Positions 1-14,820 are shown, counted from the first letter of the stretch. The stretch: 64,000 nt of DNA from Octopus vulgaris (GCA_951406725.2 OX597823.1:6944001-7008000), one strand, 5' to 3'. Notes: generated by a model not told the origin, from the letters alone. Program-made: numbers and translations.

Positions 1-132
1 GTTTTTCCCCCTGGAATGTAACAGAAGCTGTTCTCTGCACATTTTCAGTGTTTATTGCTCCTGAGCATTTGCCACACACAAGAACTATCTTCCCAGTTAG
101 CCTTCCTTTGATATTGCTGCACCTTGATAGCA

Positions 133-217
133 TACACACACACACACACACACACATGAATAATAATAATAATGATAATAATAATAATAATAATGATAAT
201 AATAATAATAATAATAT
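133..217. repeat. (CA)n followed by (AAT)n microsatellite
   Basis: Direct inspection. Similar simple repeats at about 2922, 5985, 10598, 13243, 22761, 27455, 32912, 47600, 51515 and 62480-63300. Confidence 0.95.
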
Positions 218-429
218 TGGGTCGTCCATAAATAATGTGATTTTTTTTTTATTTGCAACGAACAAAAAGTCGGAGGAGGACAAGATAAACTATCTGCATA
301 AACTTGCAATAAAAGCAGGTAGTAATTTTACCTTGTACTTATTCTTAATGCAAATTTTGAAGAGTGCAGTTAAATATGTGTATATATCTATGTGTGTGTG
401 TGTGTGTGTGTGTCTGTGTGTGTGTCTGT

Positions 430-645
430 GTGTGTGTGTCCCCCCCCAAATCGCGTGACAACTGACGTTAGTGTGTTTACATCCCTGTAACTTAGTGATT
501 TGGCAAAAGAGACTGATAGAATAAGTACTAGGCTTACAAAGAATAAGTCCTGGGGGGTCAATTTTTTCAACTAAAAGATCCTTTAAAGCAGTGCTCCAGC
601 ATGGCCACAGTCAAACGACTGAAACAAGTAAAAGAATGAAGAATA
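430..645 (+). mobile_element. SINE family A, 3' half (diverged)
   Basis: Follows a (GT)n tract and matches the family A 3' body ...GATAGAATAAGTACT...GTGCTCCAGCATGGCC...GACTGAAACAAGTAAAAG seen in the full copies. Confidence 0.8.
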
Positions 646-2617
646 GATAGATAGACAGACAGACAGACGGACATACACACTCACGCACATGTAAACATCT
701 TACTGAGAAATATTTGTAGATTTTTTCCTTTTTTAAATTTCCGTTCTTTCACTAAGCAGCAAGTTTCAAGAGGTGTTGGTGGTTTGGTTGATGCTTAAAT
801 GAAATCTGATAACATTTATGGGAATGTTATGTATTTCATCTGGAAATGAGTCATTATTTCTATCATTCTCTTATTGACTTAAATCATATTCTGTTTGTAT
901 TTAGACCAATTATTTATAAATAAATACCCACAATATTCATAGCCTTACCAACTTCTTTACATAATTCATATTTGAAAAAATACTATTGTTTTTCTCTTCT
1001 TTTTAATATTATGTTTTTTTTTTTTTCATTTACAGCTTTTATAAAAAATATCTTTCATTTAATATGCAATGACATGTATTCTAATTTGGTCTGCGTTCAT
1101 TAAATTTTCTCTTTATTTTTTTTCTTTATAATTATTACTTGCAATCACAGTGATGAATCCAGGATCTTTTCTATCTCTTTACAAGAGCATTTCTATCTTA
1201 CATTTTATTGAGAGAATTTCTTTTGGGCTGGACAGTGTGGCAGTTACCAATGTTTCTTGTCATTGACATTTTGGTTGCCCATCCTTTATTTTGTAGATAA
1301 CGTGGATGACATATGGTGTGGCATCCAAGAGTTCTTAGACTTCTAGAACTGGTATTAGTGTGTGTCATGTAAACAACTTCAATGGATTAATTTTAGGAAG
1401 ATTAGACTTCTGAAGTAAATGGATTTGCCGATCTGCTTCCGTTGCATTTTTTTTTTCTTAATATTTTTGATTTCAGCCTCATCTCAATAATGCACCTAGA
1501 GTTTGGTGATCTGCATTAAAGAAGTCCCAGTATTTATTTGTGAGCAAGAAAAATGTATTTGCAGGATAATTATCTCAATGTGGGATTTTAAGATAAGATG
1601 AGGTGGTGGAACTCTTTTCTGCAACACTGGCAGACTTTTGTGTAGTGGTTTGATTGTCTGTGTTCTATAACTGCATTTTTGAATAGGATTTAAAACCTTT
1701 GTTTTATGTGTATAAAAATAGGAGCTATAAATGGTAAATCCTTGCTAATGTTGTGAAAATTGAAGTGAGATCAGAATGAATGGAGCAGTTTTTTATTTGT
1801 TTGGGAAAAAAAAAATGGTTAACATAACTGTCAAAATAAGAAATAATTTTTATACATATCACGTGATCAACTTTGTATATATTCCTGTTACTCTTTATCA
1901 AATTATTATTTTAACCAACAATTTCTAGATACATTATATTGGATATGTCATAATGTCAGCTTCTTGCTTCTGAATGTATAAATGACAGTAAATTAGCTAA
2001 AAGTTGACTGCTTCCCCTTCCAAAACCAGTTTTTAGTTTGCAATTTATGGTCAGATAGATTTGTCTTTACCATTCCAACTAAATGAATTGCACAGCAAAT
2101 TAATCACAGAAATTTTATCAGTTATGGATTTTTGTGCCAATTTGTATTTTGGTGACTACTTGAATATTTACTGGTGTTATTGTTTTTCAATTGCAAAGTT
2201 TACTTTTTTTCTAGATTTATAAGGAATTTTGGTAGTAAAGAACAACAAATTTTAAACATTTTTAGCATGTAGCATACAGTGATTTACATTAGACAGAACT
2301 CTTTTAATAATTTTTCTTGTGATATTATATTGTATCTACTAAAATTATTAAATTTATCAGCTCAAGTAATTTCTAACCTGTTAAAATGTACATGCTTGTT
2401 TTTCAGTGTGACGAAACATATTTGTTTTTATTTCACTTGCTTATTTAGGTCAACTTAAAAACATCAGCTATTACTGTATCTTTCTTGCATTTCAATACTA
2501 GGCTGATACAGAACTTATGCTGATCTTGCAAATATTTATTTATATAAATACCTAGCAATAACAGTTCGGAAGACACTTTAGCCATTCAAAAGCACAAAAA
2601 CTGTTGGCTTCACTTAA

Positions 2618-2838
2618 CCCTTTCGTTACCAACCCGGCTGAAACCGGCTCTGGCTCTGCAGTACAAATGTCTTGTTTTCATAAGTTTTTAATTAAAATCT
2701 TCTACCAAAGCTTAGTCATAATTAATGTTCCTAACACTAGCTTAATGATAACTGAGTTATTTTACTAAATTCTTTGTTATATTTAAAATAATTAAGAGAA
2801 ACACAGAGCATCTCAAAATAAATACAGTAACGAAAGGG
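2618..2838. mobile_element. piggyBac-type MITE family P1 (221 bp)
   Basis: Perfect 12-bp TIRs CCCTTTCGTTAC/GTAACGAAAGGG flanked by TTAA at 2614-2617 and 2839-2842; near-identical copy at 22457. Confidence 0.9.
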
Positions 2839-3470
2839 TTAATCATTTATTATTTTGTGTCAAATTTGTTGTGGCACTAACAGCAATCTGGTCACTGGCA
2901 CAATTCCACAGCAACTGGGCCAATACATACATACATACATACATACATACATACATGCATGCATGAGGATTATAGGCGTAACTTTATCGGTCATTCATGT
3001 AGTCATTGCCCAGTGTTCATAGTGGGTCAGTTAATTTGGCTTTAGGCTGAAAATCATCATCATATCTTTTGTATTTGGAATTTAACTACTGCTGGGTTTT
3101 TTTCTGTTTTTTTTTTTTACTTTAAATAAGAATGATATTAGACAATTAGCTGTGCTCTTCACATCTTCTTTCTCAACTGGGGTCCAGTAGAACAGACCAT
3201 TACAACTCCTTGTTAGAATATCTGTAAATGGATTAGGGACAGGCTCACCTGTAATGGCTTGGAGTCATAAAACATATAATACAGTCAGACCAAATATTGA
3301 TATTTTGAATGTATTTAATACATGTGTTTCAGATAATTGGAAGAGAAAAGAATTCATCTCCTACATAAATCCCTCTTTAGTTAAGACTCATTTGATTTGT
3401 ATTAAATGAAGGAGGTGTTAGGCAAGATATGAATTTTTTTTCTCTTTTGCATAATTATCAGAAACATGTG

Positions 3471-3555
3471 TTACAAAGAATAAGTCCCGGGGTCAATTTG
3501 CTCGACTAAAGGTGGTGCTCCAGCATGGCCACAGTCAAATGACTGAAACAAGTAA
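3471..3555 (+). mobile_element. SINE family A 3' fragment
   Basis: TTACAAAGAATAAGTCCCGGGGTC...GACTGAAACAAGTAAAA, nearly identical to the family A 3' end. Confidence 0.8.
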
Positions 3556-4303
3556 AAAAAAAAAAAAGTGTGTATTAAATGTATTAAAAATATTACTATT
3601 TGGTTTCACTTTATTTATTATATGCTGTATGTGTGTGTATATGTATGTACATGTGTTTATATCGTCATCATGTAATGTCTTTTCCATGCACATGTACACA
3701 CACAGACACACATGCAGATGGGTGTGTACATGTGTATGCTTTTGTGTATTCCCTTTGTGTTTGTTGGTTTGTTAAACAGCAGCTTCTTGCCAGTGTCATT
3801 GGCTTGCAATCCACCATGAAAGTATACCCAGGTTTCCTGACACATCTTGACATGCTGCCATATCTTTTTAAATATGTTTTCTAAATGATGTTCTTTGTTC
3901 TCAGCTACCTGTATAAAGTATGCCCAGGCTGCTGTTATTTGTTTGATAGATGGGCAGATTATTACCTCACATAGAAACAAGGGTTCTGGGTTATAAGAAG
4001 GGCGTCTGTTTATAGAAAAAAAACTTTGCCTCTTTGTACTTTCATCTGATCCATGCAACCATGAAAAAATAGCCATCATTGTTATTGTCATTAAAATGAC
4101 AACAACAATGATGATGATCATGATGACGATGCTGATGATGGAATTTACTATAGATGTAGATATCATCATCATCATCACTTAATATCTGTTTTCCATCCTG
4201 GCATGGACTGGATAGTTTGGTAGGATCTGGTTAGCCACAGGGCTGCATTGAGCTCCAGCACCAGCTTTAGCATGGTTTCTATGGCTTGAACTGCTCATTG
4301 AGC

Positions 4304-4724
4304 ACATCCACAGTTTGTAGATCTCTTAAGCCTTTCAGCAAGAAGTTTAAAAGTAGTTGGCTTTTGGATCCTTAATTGTTACAATATTTAATTCTTACTC
4401 TGGGCAGAGACAGTGGGATCTTTGGTACAATGCAGTAGTGGCTGATGATTGGTATAACTTTCAAGCTGGATGATAGACTTTCCAGGATCTTCCATATATA
4501 TACTCTTTACTCTTTTACTGGTTTCAGTCATTTGACTGCGGCCATGCTGGAGCACCGCCTTTAGTCGAGCAAATCGACCCCGGGACTTATTCTTTGTAAG
4601 CCCAGTACTTATTCTATCGGTCTCTTTTTGCCGAACCGCTAAGTGACGGGGGACGTAAACACACCAGCATCGGTTGTCAAGCAATGCTAGGAGGACAAAC
4701 ACAGACACACAAACATATACATAC

Positions 4725-4777
<53 letters not shown>

Positions 4778-5425
4778 ACAGGCTTCTTTCAGTTTCCGTC
4801 TACCAAATCCACTCACAAGGCATTGGTCAGCCTGGGGCTATAGCAGAAGACACTTGCCCAAGATGCCGCGCAGTGGGACTGAACCCGGAACCATGTGGTT
4901 AGTTAGCAAGCTACTTACCACACAGCCACTCCTGCGCCTATATATATGTATATATATATGTATTACTACATATCTTTTATATATTCTCTTCAGAAAATAG
5001 AGCCTCAGCTTTATTAGCCTCTCCCTGTAATCCATCTGTTGCACTGTGGTGATTTTCTTGCTGTAATGGATCTGGAGTGCCTCAAGTTCAGCTGTTAGTG
5101 TGATGCTTTATCGGGGTCATAACTGCGACCTGTAATTTAGGCAGCTGAGCATGAATGTTCACTATTGGATCAATATGGTTTCCCTATCCATGTTCTGAAT
5201 GATCTCAGAATCCGACTTGTCAATCTCCTGTGCATTGTTGCCATCTTAGTAATATGTGAATAGAATGATGTGGATTTCTAGGTCATGTAGCTACCCTGAC
5301 TCTGGGATTGCTATACTTTCTAGCCCTGAGTATTCTGAATGCAATCTGTTCATGAGTTGATGTTGGGGTGCTTGAAACTTGTCAGCATTGAACAGCATAT
5401 TGATTTCTTCAGCCCACTTGTATTG
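4304..5425 (-). mobile_element. Degenerate CR1-clade LINE, 3' ORF2 fragment, interrupted by a SINE
   Basis: Minus-strand translation gives YKWAEEINMLFNADKFQ ... AELEALQ...QQMDYRERLIKLRLY ... YIWKILE ... KGLRDL, the typical post-RT motifs of CR1 ORF2, with stops and frameshifts. Confidence 0.75.
4501..4938 (-). mobile_element. SINE family A, full length (tRNA-derived head, internal microsatellite, GTAAAAGA tail)
   Basis: On the minus strand it starts GGCGCAGGAGTGGCTGTGTGG (A box) ... GGTTCAGTCCC (B box), then a (TA)/(GT) insert and the conserved 3' body; at least 8 near-identical copies in the window. Confidence 0.92.
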
Positions 5426-5985
5426 TGTTCAGATCTTTCTGTAGTTTTAACATGTACATACATATGTATGTATGTATATATATGTGGTTACAGTTTTTAC
5501 TTTGGAATGTATTGTCTTTGTGTTTGTACCCTCACCATCGCTTGACAACCAATGTTAGTGTGTTTATGTCCCCAAAACCTAGAAATCAATCCCAGGAAAC
5601 AAGTCCTGGATTGATTTCTTTGAGTAAAGGTGGTGCTCCAGCATGGCCACAGTTAAATGAAATGTGTAAAAGAATAAAAGGATATTTAATTGGCCTCTCA
5701 GAAAGGATGTTCTGTGTGTATATTAAATAAAACTTCTTTGGTTTTTCTAGTTCCTTGACTGAATTTGTTATAAGAATTTAATTTCATTTAATATAGTGTT
5801 TTATAATTAATTTACAATTTTGTAATGAATTTACTGTGGTATTCATCTATAGACATGCATTGTTTAAAAACATAAATGCTGGTAGCAAATGAAAATAGTC
5901 CTTTTTGTGATGTATTTACATGAGGTATGATACACAGATGACTATTTTACTCTAATACTGCTTCTGTTGCATATGACTGATTTAT

Positions 5986-6017
<32 letters not shown>

Positions 6018-7339
6018 ACATACACACACACACTCAGACACACATACACACACACATTTATAACCATCATAATCTCCATCATTTTAACATCCACTTTTTC
6101 ATGCTTTGATTAGTCAGATGAAATTTATATGAGATCTGAGTTTTTTTTTCTATCCAGATATTCTCCCTGTAACCAACCCTAACCTTTTTTCAGTTAAGGT
6201 AATATATCCCCCTAGTCCTTTGGGCATGAATAGCACAATAGCCAGACATGAGTCCACAAAATTGTAAGTGAAGGACAGCACCTGCATAACTGTGGCAGTC
6301 ATTTACAATTAGCATGTCATATCCAGACAACGAGATATGAACACACTTTCACACATATGCACATGTACATCATTATCATCCTCATTATTTAATGCCTGTC
6401 TTTCATGCTGGCATAGGTTGGGCAGTTCAACAGGATCTGGTGATTCAGAAGACTGTTGAGTTCCAATGTCTCCTTTAGCATGGTTCTTATGACTGGATGC
6501 CCTTTCCAATTCCAATGTCATTGCCTTTTCTAATCTTATGATTGTGAACTTCGCAACCATGTGCATTTGAGTCTAATCTTAACTTTTTAATCGCACAACC
6601 ATGCCTTTCTGTTTATGATATGTCTTTTCATAAAACTAGGGTCTAGTTGTTTTACAAGTATTTTTAGCTTTATTTAAGCAATAAATCATATCTTTTCTTT
6701 ATTCAATATAAACTTTTTAAGTGTTTCTGTCTCTTTTTTTTAATTATAATTTTTGTATATGGACATGGGGGCTCTGTCTTTTCCTACTCATTCAAAGGAT
6801 TTTACAGATTTGTATGTACTGATGTGTTCTTTTAACTTAAATAGTTGGAGATTGTTCTTAAATTTTTCAATATATATGATGATCCATAATTTGATTCTTA
6901 GAAATAGGACTGATTTTGATGATTGAGAATTAAAGGCATCCAGTGGTAATTTAAAAGAAAAAAATGTTGATTGTGGTTATAATGGAACTGATGGCAATTC
7001 ACAACCTCATTTTTGTTTTTAAGTTTCACTTCACTAATGTCACTTGTAATAAATACAGAATCCTATCAATCCATATCAACTCACAACCCCTATGTGAAAA
7101 ATGCAGAAAAGATTCTCTCCCAGATACACTAATAACCAGATCAAGAAACATGCTTTTGAAACAGAGAAAGTGAGAAAAGACAACAAATATCATCTTCGCT
7201 TGATGACCACCGTCCATATATGTCATAAACAACTCATCTAAATTCAGCCAACTATTAGAATTATGATTTTGTTATATATATCCTGATATAAAGGTTCATT
7301 TTAACATGCTTTGAAATGTACTTTGTATTAATTATATAA

Positions 7340-7564
7340 CCCTTTTGTTACCATATTTCTGTTGAAATACACTACTTTTGTTTCAATTAATTTTAAAATA
7401 ATGAAGAGTTTAGCCAAATGATTTTATTGTTATTAAGCTGGTGCTTGGAATATAAATTAACAGGAACTTTTTATGGTAAGTTTTAATAGAGATCACTTTA
7501 AAAACAAGAAGTTTGTATCATAGAACCAAGGGAACTCTCATGCACTTTGTTATCATCAGAAGGG
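7340..7564. mobile_element. Old, inverted relative of MITE P1
   Basis: Starts CCCTTTTGTTAC and ends GAAGGG|TTAA; the interior aligns with the reverse complement of 2618-2838 with many substitutions. Confidence 0.65.
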
Positions 7565-10500
7565 TTAATTGCTCAAAATACTTTACTGTTATAGTGTTTA
7601 ATGTTTAACATCACAATTTGATTTAGTTATTTTTATAAATATTCAAATTTATAGTGATGGAGTCAGCTAGTATTTAGTTTTTGCCAAGTAAATAATAGAT
7701 GTTTTGCATTTGATGGGAACAAGGTTACACCATCGTCACTTGTCATTTAACTTTAATTTTGAGTTTTTTTCTCCTGATAGTAAAAAATGGTTATGGTCAT
7801 TGCTTCAGTAAATCATTCTAAGTTTTGAAATAATATCAGAATTTTAAGTAATTCGAAATTTTTTCTTGTTTTAAAATTACTTTTTTAATTGTTTATTAAT
7901 TTAATCTTTATTAAAAGCATTCTTGAGGAGTTAGAATACATTTCTACTTTAATTTTAATATTTCTTAATATGTTAAATTTATGAAAGCTTTTTCAATAAA
8001 TTCCACTTTGATTTTGTAATTTAATAAGTAAACTCTGTGACTGTAACGTGTTTTCTATTAATTACTGGTTTGCCGAACTCATCATTATTTCCCATTATTT
8101 TCTGAAGTAATAAATATTTGAAATAGACTGAAATATAACATTTATTTTAAACGTCTCATGATTTTTGTACAAATTTTCATTTAAAAAAAAATCTAATTGT
8201 AAAATTTTATAAGATTTAAAATAATTTATTTTGAAATATTAACTTTTGGAAAATGGCAATTTGATTCAAATAACTATTTTAATGTTGCAAATATAACCAA
8301 AATTGATGTCAAATATTTTAGAAACATTTGGAGTTATCTATTTACAGGAATTTAAGTTATTTTATCAATAAGCTTTTTGGTCTAATAACCATCTAAACAC
8401 TCATTCTTTCCATTTTAGTATTAAATATGAGCTGCAAAGATTACCATTTTATGAATTAAGAACATAAGTCTATCTTTACAGATAAGACATTTTGGCTTCT
8501 TTTGAATTTGTTTTTTAATTTGTTTTTGTAGAATTATATTCTTTTGCAATGCTTAAATTCTTACTGTTTTATTTTTATTTTTAACTTCAAATAAAATCTG
8601 CTGAATCAAAATGTAAAAATTTAAACAATAAAAAATATTTTTGTCTTTTACAAAGATGCATAACTATTAATGCATTTGTTTCCGTCTCTTCTTGCTGTTG
8701 ATTCTCTTATCTATTTTCTCCTGGTTTGATACATCCATTTCAGTATGAAAGCATTTAGACAAGGAATTCATTTATTTTCTTTTTCGATACAATTATTTGA
8801 AAGCAAAGTTTTATTTTACATTTGTCGAAGCATCTTACAAGTAGTTGAAATAATGGGATTCATCTTTTGTCAATTAGTGAAAATGAGTTGCTGTTAGTTT
8901 AAATTCCTCTTAGTAATCTTTTGGATTAATACATTCTATTTGATTCATTAAAAAAGGTTTTCTGCTTATTCTTTGTTTTTGTTTTGTTTTTGTTTTAATT
9001 ATAATTATTTTATAATACTGAATTATTTTTACATTGTTTAAGTGCATTTAAAGGATAGCAAATATTTATGTAGTTGCACACATAAACAGATACATACAAT
9101 TGCTGAAATATTTTGAATCATATTTCTCAACAATTTACAAAATACATTATTAAATACATTATTAATTTGGAATATTTTGAGGGATTTGTTTGTTAAGTTA
9201 CTGGATTGTAAACACTTTGCTTTTATCAAATAAAAATTTCTCATTGGTTCGGTAGGTAGAATGTTGGAATATTTTTTAAATAAATGAATCCGATCAGTAA
9301 TAATTATATTGCAGGAAAGAATTTGTAAACTGAAAGTCATAAACATCTGAAGGCTAATTAAAGGTAAATGTAACTATACCTGAAAAGCTTATGTTGCAAC
9401 ACCGAGAAAATTTACAAATGTATTTTTAAGAATGAAAGATAGTGCTGTAATTTTAAATAAACTCTAAAACATATGCATTTACATAAAAGAGACTTCAATT
9501 AATAAGTATATTCATTTAAAGTGTAGAAAAAGAAATCCTCATTTTTATGTAACTTTTAAAATTATTCCTTTTCAAAAGGATATGTATGCTTCTTTTCTAC
9601 ACATAAATAATGTATCCAAGTTCTGGTATAAATTTGTAGTTCATATTGTATTCATAATTTTATTTATATTTTATAAATATAGTCAAGCTGTGTTTGTCAC
9701 TGTTACTTCTATAAAGAATACTGAAAATTTACAATTTAGACTACAAAGATTACAACTACTGCAATATTTTGTATCTTTATCTTATAATCGGAATATAGTA
9801 CACAATATTTCATTGTTTTGTAAAATGATAAAATTACTACTTAATTTTAGAGCAATCTTTAACAAAAGAACAATAAAAGTTAGTAAAAGTTATCAAAGAA
9901 AAAATGAATGAAGGATAAGTCAATCCATATGAAATGCTGATATGAAGGGAAATTTTTGTTCCTTTTTTTATTTCAAAACAAGTGTATTTTAATTACATCT
10001 AATATTGGGACAGGGGTTAAATTAGAATTAAAAAAGAGACTAAACAGTATGACATTATTGAAACGTCTGAAATAAATTATAATTCAAGCAAGATATATGA
10101 ATAACAACTTGGGTATTCTATGGAATAGTGTTGAAAGGTCACGATGTGAAATTGCTTAAATGCTAAGGATATTCATCAAGAATATAAGCTGTATCAAGAT
10201 ATTAACAATTTTAGGTACTGTACATATTGGTTCCCTTTTATGTGTCTGTATATCATTTTTCAGTCCTAGAATAAGACTGAATAAAAACTATATATTTTCA
10301 TGAAGTTACTATGGATGCTAATATAATGATATATATTAAAGGTGAGCAATGTGTACTCTCCTATATTATATATTTGTAAAAATAGTTAAGTATCTGCACC
10401 TATCAACTGTGGGTACCCTAAGCTTTAATAATAATCTACTTCCTGTTATGTTTATAAGAACATGCTTTTATGCTACCCATCATTCCTCCTTAATCATCCA

Positions 10501-10594
10501 CCTGGTAATACAGATATACAATACCTTCATGAATAGAGACACCTTAGAAATATTCTTGACAACCTAGTCTACACGAAGAGCCCCATGATATAGC

Positions 10595-10638
<44 letters not shown>

Positions 10639-11333
10639 AAGTATTACACACTCTCTATGGAAGAACAACATACAGTTAAATATTTCCAAAGTTGCTACTA
10701 ATGCCAGACTTCACAATTTCTTAAAATCTGTTTTAGTGATCACATAGTGCCAAAAGAAAATTTCTTCGGTGCCAGAAAAAAATTCAGCCCTGATTAGTTG
10801 CTGATCCAAGGCTCAAGTGCTCTAAACATTGAAAATATGCCTCATATATCTGGGAGAGTTCTGTTGCTATATATTTAACCATCATATATTCATATCCAAA
10901 AGAACCTAATATCAAATTCATATTTAAAATATGAATTACTATACTTTATTCCTTTTCTTATTTTCTTTGCTGTTACTGTAAGTGTTTTTGCGAGTACATT
11001 ATAGTGACTTTCAGGGTTATATCATCCTATCATCCTTAGTATCTCTTTTCACAATATGAACGATGTGTGTACTTTATTTATATGTTCCTCATCTTGGTTG
11101 CTTATGATTATTACTTCAATGATTAATAGAATGACATTAGAGAAAAACAATTCATGTTGTACGATGGGTACATTGAAAAGGCAACCAGTAGAACCACTGC
11201 ATGTATTTCATCATGCTTCTATTTTTAAATACCCTCAATCTCTATTTTACTTTGTGAACTCTATCTGCATTTCTGTACACTTTCCTATGAAGTAGAACAA
11301 AAAAAAATTTGACTGTCATTTTTTTGTTATATT

Positions 11334-11535
11334 CATCATCATCATCATCATTTAACGTCCGTTTTCCATGCTAGCATGGGTTGGACGATTTTGACTGAGG
11401 GCTGGCAACCAGATGGCTGCACCAGGCTCCAGTCTTGATCTGGCAGAGTTTCTATAGCTGGATGCCCTTCCTAACGCCAACCACTCCGAGAGTGTAGTGG
11501 GTGCTTTTTACGTGCCACCTGCACGGGGGCCAGTC
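11334..11535 (-). mobile_element. SINE-like family B 3' part, (GAT)n tail
   Basis: Minus strand: GGCACGTAAAAAGCACC...GGTTGGCGTTAGGAAGGGCATCCAGC...CCAACCCATGCTAGCATGGAAAACGGACGTTAAATGATGATG; many copies in the window. Confidence 0.85.
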
Positions 11536-12169
11536 GAGATATTTATATCCCCAAATCTAACAGCCACTTAAGTATACGTTTCACCATTCTTCTTGTATCA
11601 AAAAAGGTGTTGATGATTCTAACATAAAGCAAAAATGAACAAAGATAATTCATGTAAAGAACTTTATAATATAATAAGTTTCCAGCCATCAAATATCACT
11701 GCTGAATTCAACATCCACTTACATGTATGATACCAAGATATATTCTGTATTACTCAGCTAACAAACCTTGCTGCTGCATCAGTGAAACAAACTGGCTATA
11801 ATAGAATAAAATTTAACAAAAAAATAAAGGCTGACACTGGGCTCAATGAAGAATTTCAGATTGGTGGCTATTTTTGATGTATATTTTTTTAGTTTAGTAC
11901 CAGAGGCAGTTGCAAAAGAGGAATTTTTCTGTACTCATAACTCAATCCTTTTTCCAAAATCTGTTAAAAAGTTGCAGAAGTTCAACTCTTGAACAAATGA
12001 GATTATTTACAAATTTGGCAAAATTAAGCAACTCATTAAATGCAGAGGTCAGTATCAACATGAAGGTAGGCCTATATGAAAAAGAGTTTGGTAGGAACTT
12101 AGTGTTTTTACCAATGAAAGTTTAGGTTTAAAAAAAATCAAGTGAAATTAACTGACTATATGAACAATA

Positions 12170-12358
12170 GGCGTAAGAGTGTCTGTGTGATAAGTAGCTT
12201 GCTTACGGACCACATGGTTCCAGGTTCAGTCCCACTGCATTGGCACCTTGGGCAGGTGTCTTCTACTATAGCCTTGGGCCGACCAAAGCCTTGTGAGTGG
12301 ATTTGGTAGACGGAAACTGAAAGAAACCCGTTGTATATATATATATATGTTTGTGTGT
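12170..12358 (+). mobile_element. SINE family A, 5' half
   Basis: tRNA-like head through to the internal microsatellite; 3' body missing. Confidence 0.8.
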
Positions 12359-13239
12359 CGGTGAAATAAATCTTGTTGGGGACAAAAGGTGTCTTTTTCA
12401 TACAAATAACAGTATACAAATCAAAAGAAGCATTATGTTATGTGGACGTGTGATATTGCTTGAATATAGATGGTGATTAAAAAGGAATGATCTGAAGCTT
12501 GTTTGGATTTGATCCTATTACACGTTACTATTGCAAGAACTAAATACAAGTAAATTATGAAGCAGGTGAGCCTCATATGGAGAGAAGACTGCTCTGGTTT
12601 AGGCTTGGTGGATGAAATCATACTGTAAAAATACAGCAGAATTAGACTAAACACAGAATTTTAAAAAACTGGGACAAGTGGAAAATGATGTTTGTAGAAT
12701 AATCCAACACCTCTTATGATATGATAATTTTTAAAAAAATGAAAAAAAAAAAACCCTCCCAAAACAAGAAAAGAAAATGAGAAAAAAACTCATAAAATTG
12801 GTGATAATAGAGTGAGGATATGCATGTAATTGTTTGTATTGAATGTTGAAGCAATATATGTTGTTTGAAAAACAACACAAATATGTAATTTACAAATGCT
12901 TCTTTTACATAACTTTTAAAAAGTTAAAATGGAGAAATTTTCTTTTATTTTTTCTTTTGTTTTTGTAGACATAATAGGATGTTATGATTGTAAAAAAACA
13001 AAAAAGAGTGTTCAAGGTTCTAGTAACTATTTGTGTGAGCCCCACCCCACTCCTTTTTTGAAATAAGGGAAGTTTATAATATTCCAGTGAGAAGAGGTTG
13101 AATTAGATGTTTCAGACCAAGTGGGTCCTTCTTAGAAAGAAAAAAAACCGGTTTTTTTTTTGATGGTCTGGAAGAAATTGAAATATTTTAATGTAAGTAA
13201 TTAGTGGTAGAGGAAAGTGACACAGCAGTAAATGAGAAA

Positions 13240-13292
<53 letters not shown>

Positions 13293-13672
13293 GTTATAAT
13301 TTCTAATTTTACTTGACTTGCTATTATGTTTTATTCCTATTTGCTGCCTTTCGGTGGTTGTATTATTTTGCATCATTATAGTAATTCAAAACGATTGTCT
13401 ATTTTAGAGTTTTGCTTGTTTGGCATGTAAGTTAATCTCAGATTGTATCATGGAACAATTACATTGTGGAAGTATCATGATGGTCGTGTAAAACAAACAA
13501 CACATATGTCATTACGTTCAGTTTTGTTTTGTTTATTGATAGTATTATATACACCATGATGTGTCAAGAGATTTTGTCACACAGCTACCGTCTTAATCAT
13601 TGATACAGTTCCTCTGCATCTACTTGACACCAAGTTTTTGGCCAGTTTCTATAACTCTTGAAGGATGTTTGT

Positions 13673-13674
<2 letters not shown>

Positions 13675-13705
<31 letters not shown>

Positions 13706-13796
13706 GTTTAACATCAGCTTTCCATGCTAGCATGGGTTGGACGATTTGACTGAGGTCTGGCGAACCAGATGGCTGCACCAGACTCCAATCTGATCT
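13675..13796 (-). mobile_element. Family B 3' fragment
   Basis: (CAT)n followed by TTTCCATGCTAGCATGGGTTGGACG...GGCTGCACCAGACTCCAATCTGATC. Confidence 0.8.
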
Positions 13797-14130
13797 TATT
13801 GTTCATTTATGTATTTATTTATTTGTTTTGATATTTTTCAATGTCTTGATTACATTTCTGTTTAAGTACTTCATGTCTTTTTACATATCAGCTTGATATA
13901 TAAAATGATTCTTTTGTAATGCTTTGGTAAACTTGCTTAGTAAGTTACAAATTGGTAGTTGAGGCTTCTTGGAATTCTTTAATTTTCTTCCATTGTCCAT
14001 CTTCATTGGGTGTGGGTATTTATATTTATGAATTTGAGTGTCCCCTCACCCATGTTTAACTTGTAGGATTTATTGTTGCTTTTAGATTTATATTGGATTT
14101 ATTTTGGGATGGAAGGAGAGAGAAAAAGCT

Positions 14131-14190
14131 ATATGTCCTATATTAATATGTCCTATATTAATATGTCCTATATTAATATGTCCTATATTA
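14131..14190. repeat. Perfect 15-bp tandem repeat x4
   Basis: (ATATGTCCTATATTA)4. Confidence 0.95.
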
Positions 14191-14220
14191 AATTGTATTA
14201 AGGTAATTTATTCATTTATA

Positions 14221-14787
14221 GGTGCAGGCATGGTTGTGTGGTTAAGAAGTTTGCTTTGCACCCACATAGTTTTAGGTTCAGTCCCACTGCGTGACACCTT
14301 GGTCAAGTGTCTTCTACTATGGCCCCAAACCAAGCAATGCCTTGTGAGAGAATTTAATTGGTGGAAACTATATGGCAGCTCATCATGTGTGTGTGTTCTT
14401 TTATTCTACTTATTTCAGTCATTTGACTGTGGTCATGCTGGAGCACTGTCTTTAGTCAAACAAATCGACCCCACGACTTATTCTTTGTAAGCCTAGTACT
14501 TATTCTATTGGTCTCTGTTGCTGAACTGCTAAGTTATAGGGATGTAAATACACTAATATCGGTTATCAAACAATGATCAGGGGACAAACACAAATACATA
14601 TATATATATATATATATGAGACGGGTTACTTTCAGTGTCTGTCTACCAAATCCACTTACAAGGCTTTGGTTGGCCCAAGGCTATAGTAGAAGACACTTGC
14701 CCAAGGTGCCAGGCAGTGGGACCAAACCTGGAACCATGTGGTTGGGAAGCAAGCTTCTTACCACACAACCACTCCCACACCTATATC

Positions 14788-14820
<33 letters not shown>

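Noticed and set aside
48-458. 136-aa ORF with poly-Asn
   Set aside because: Built from (CA)n, (AAT)n and (GT)n microsatellites with a non-ATG start.
4674-5000. Recurrent ORFs such as [14 protein letters not shown]..., SFRLPNPLTR..., FDCGHAGAPPLVEQIDP...
   Set aside because: Incidental frames of SINE family A; they recur only because the SINE does.
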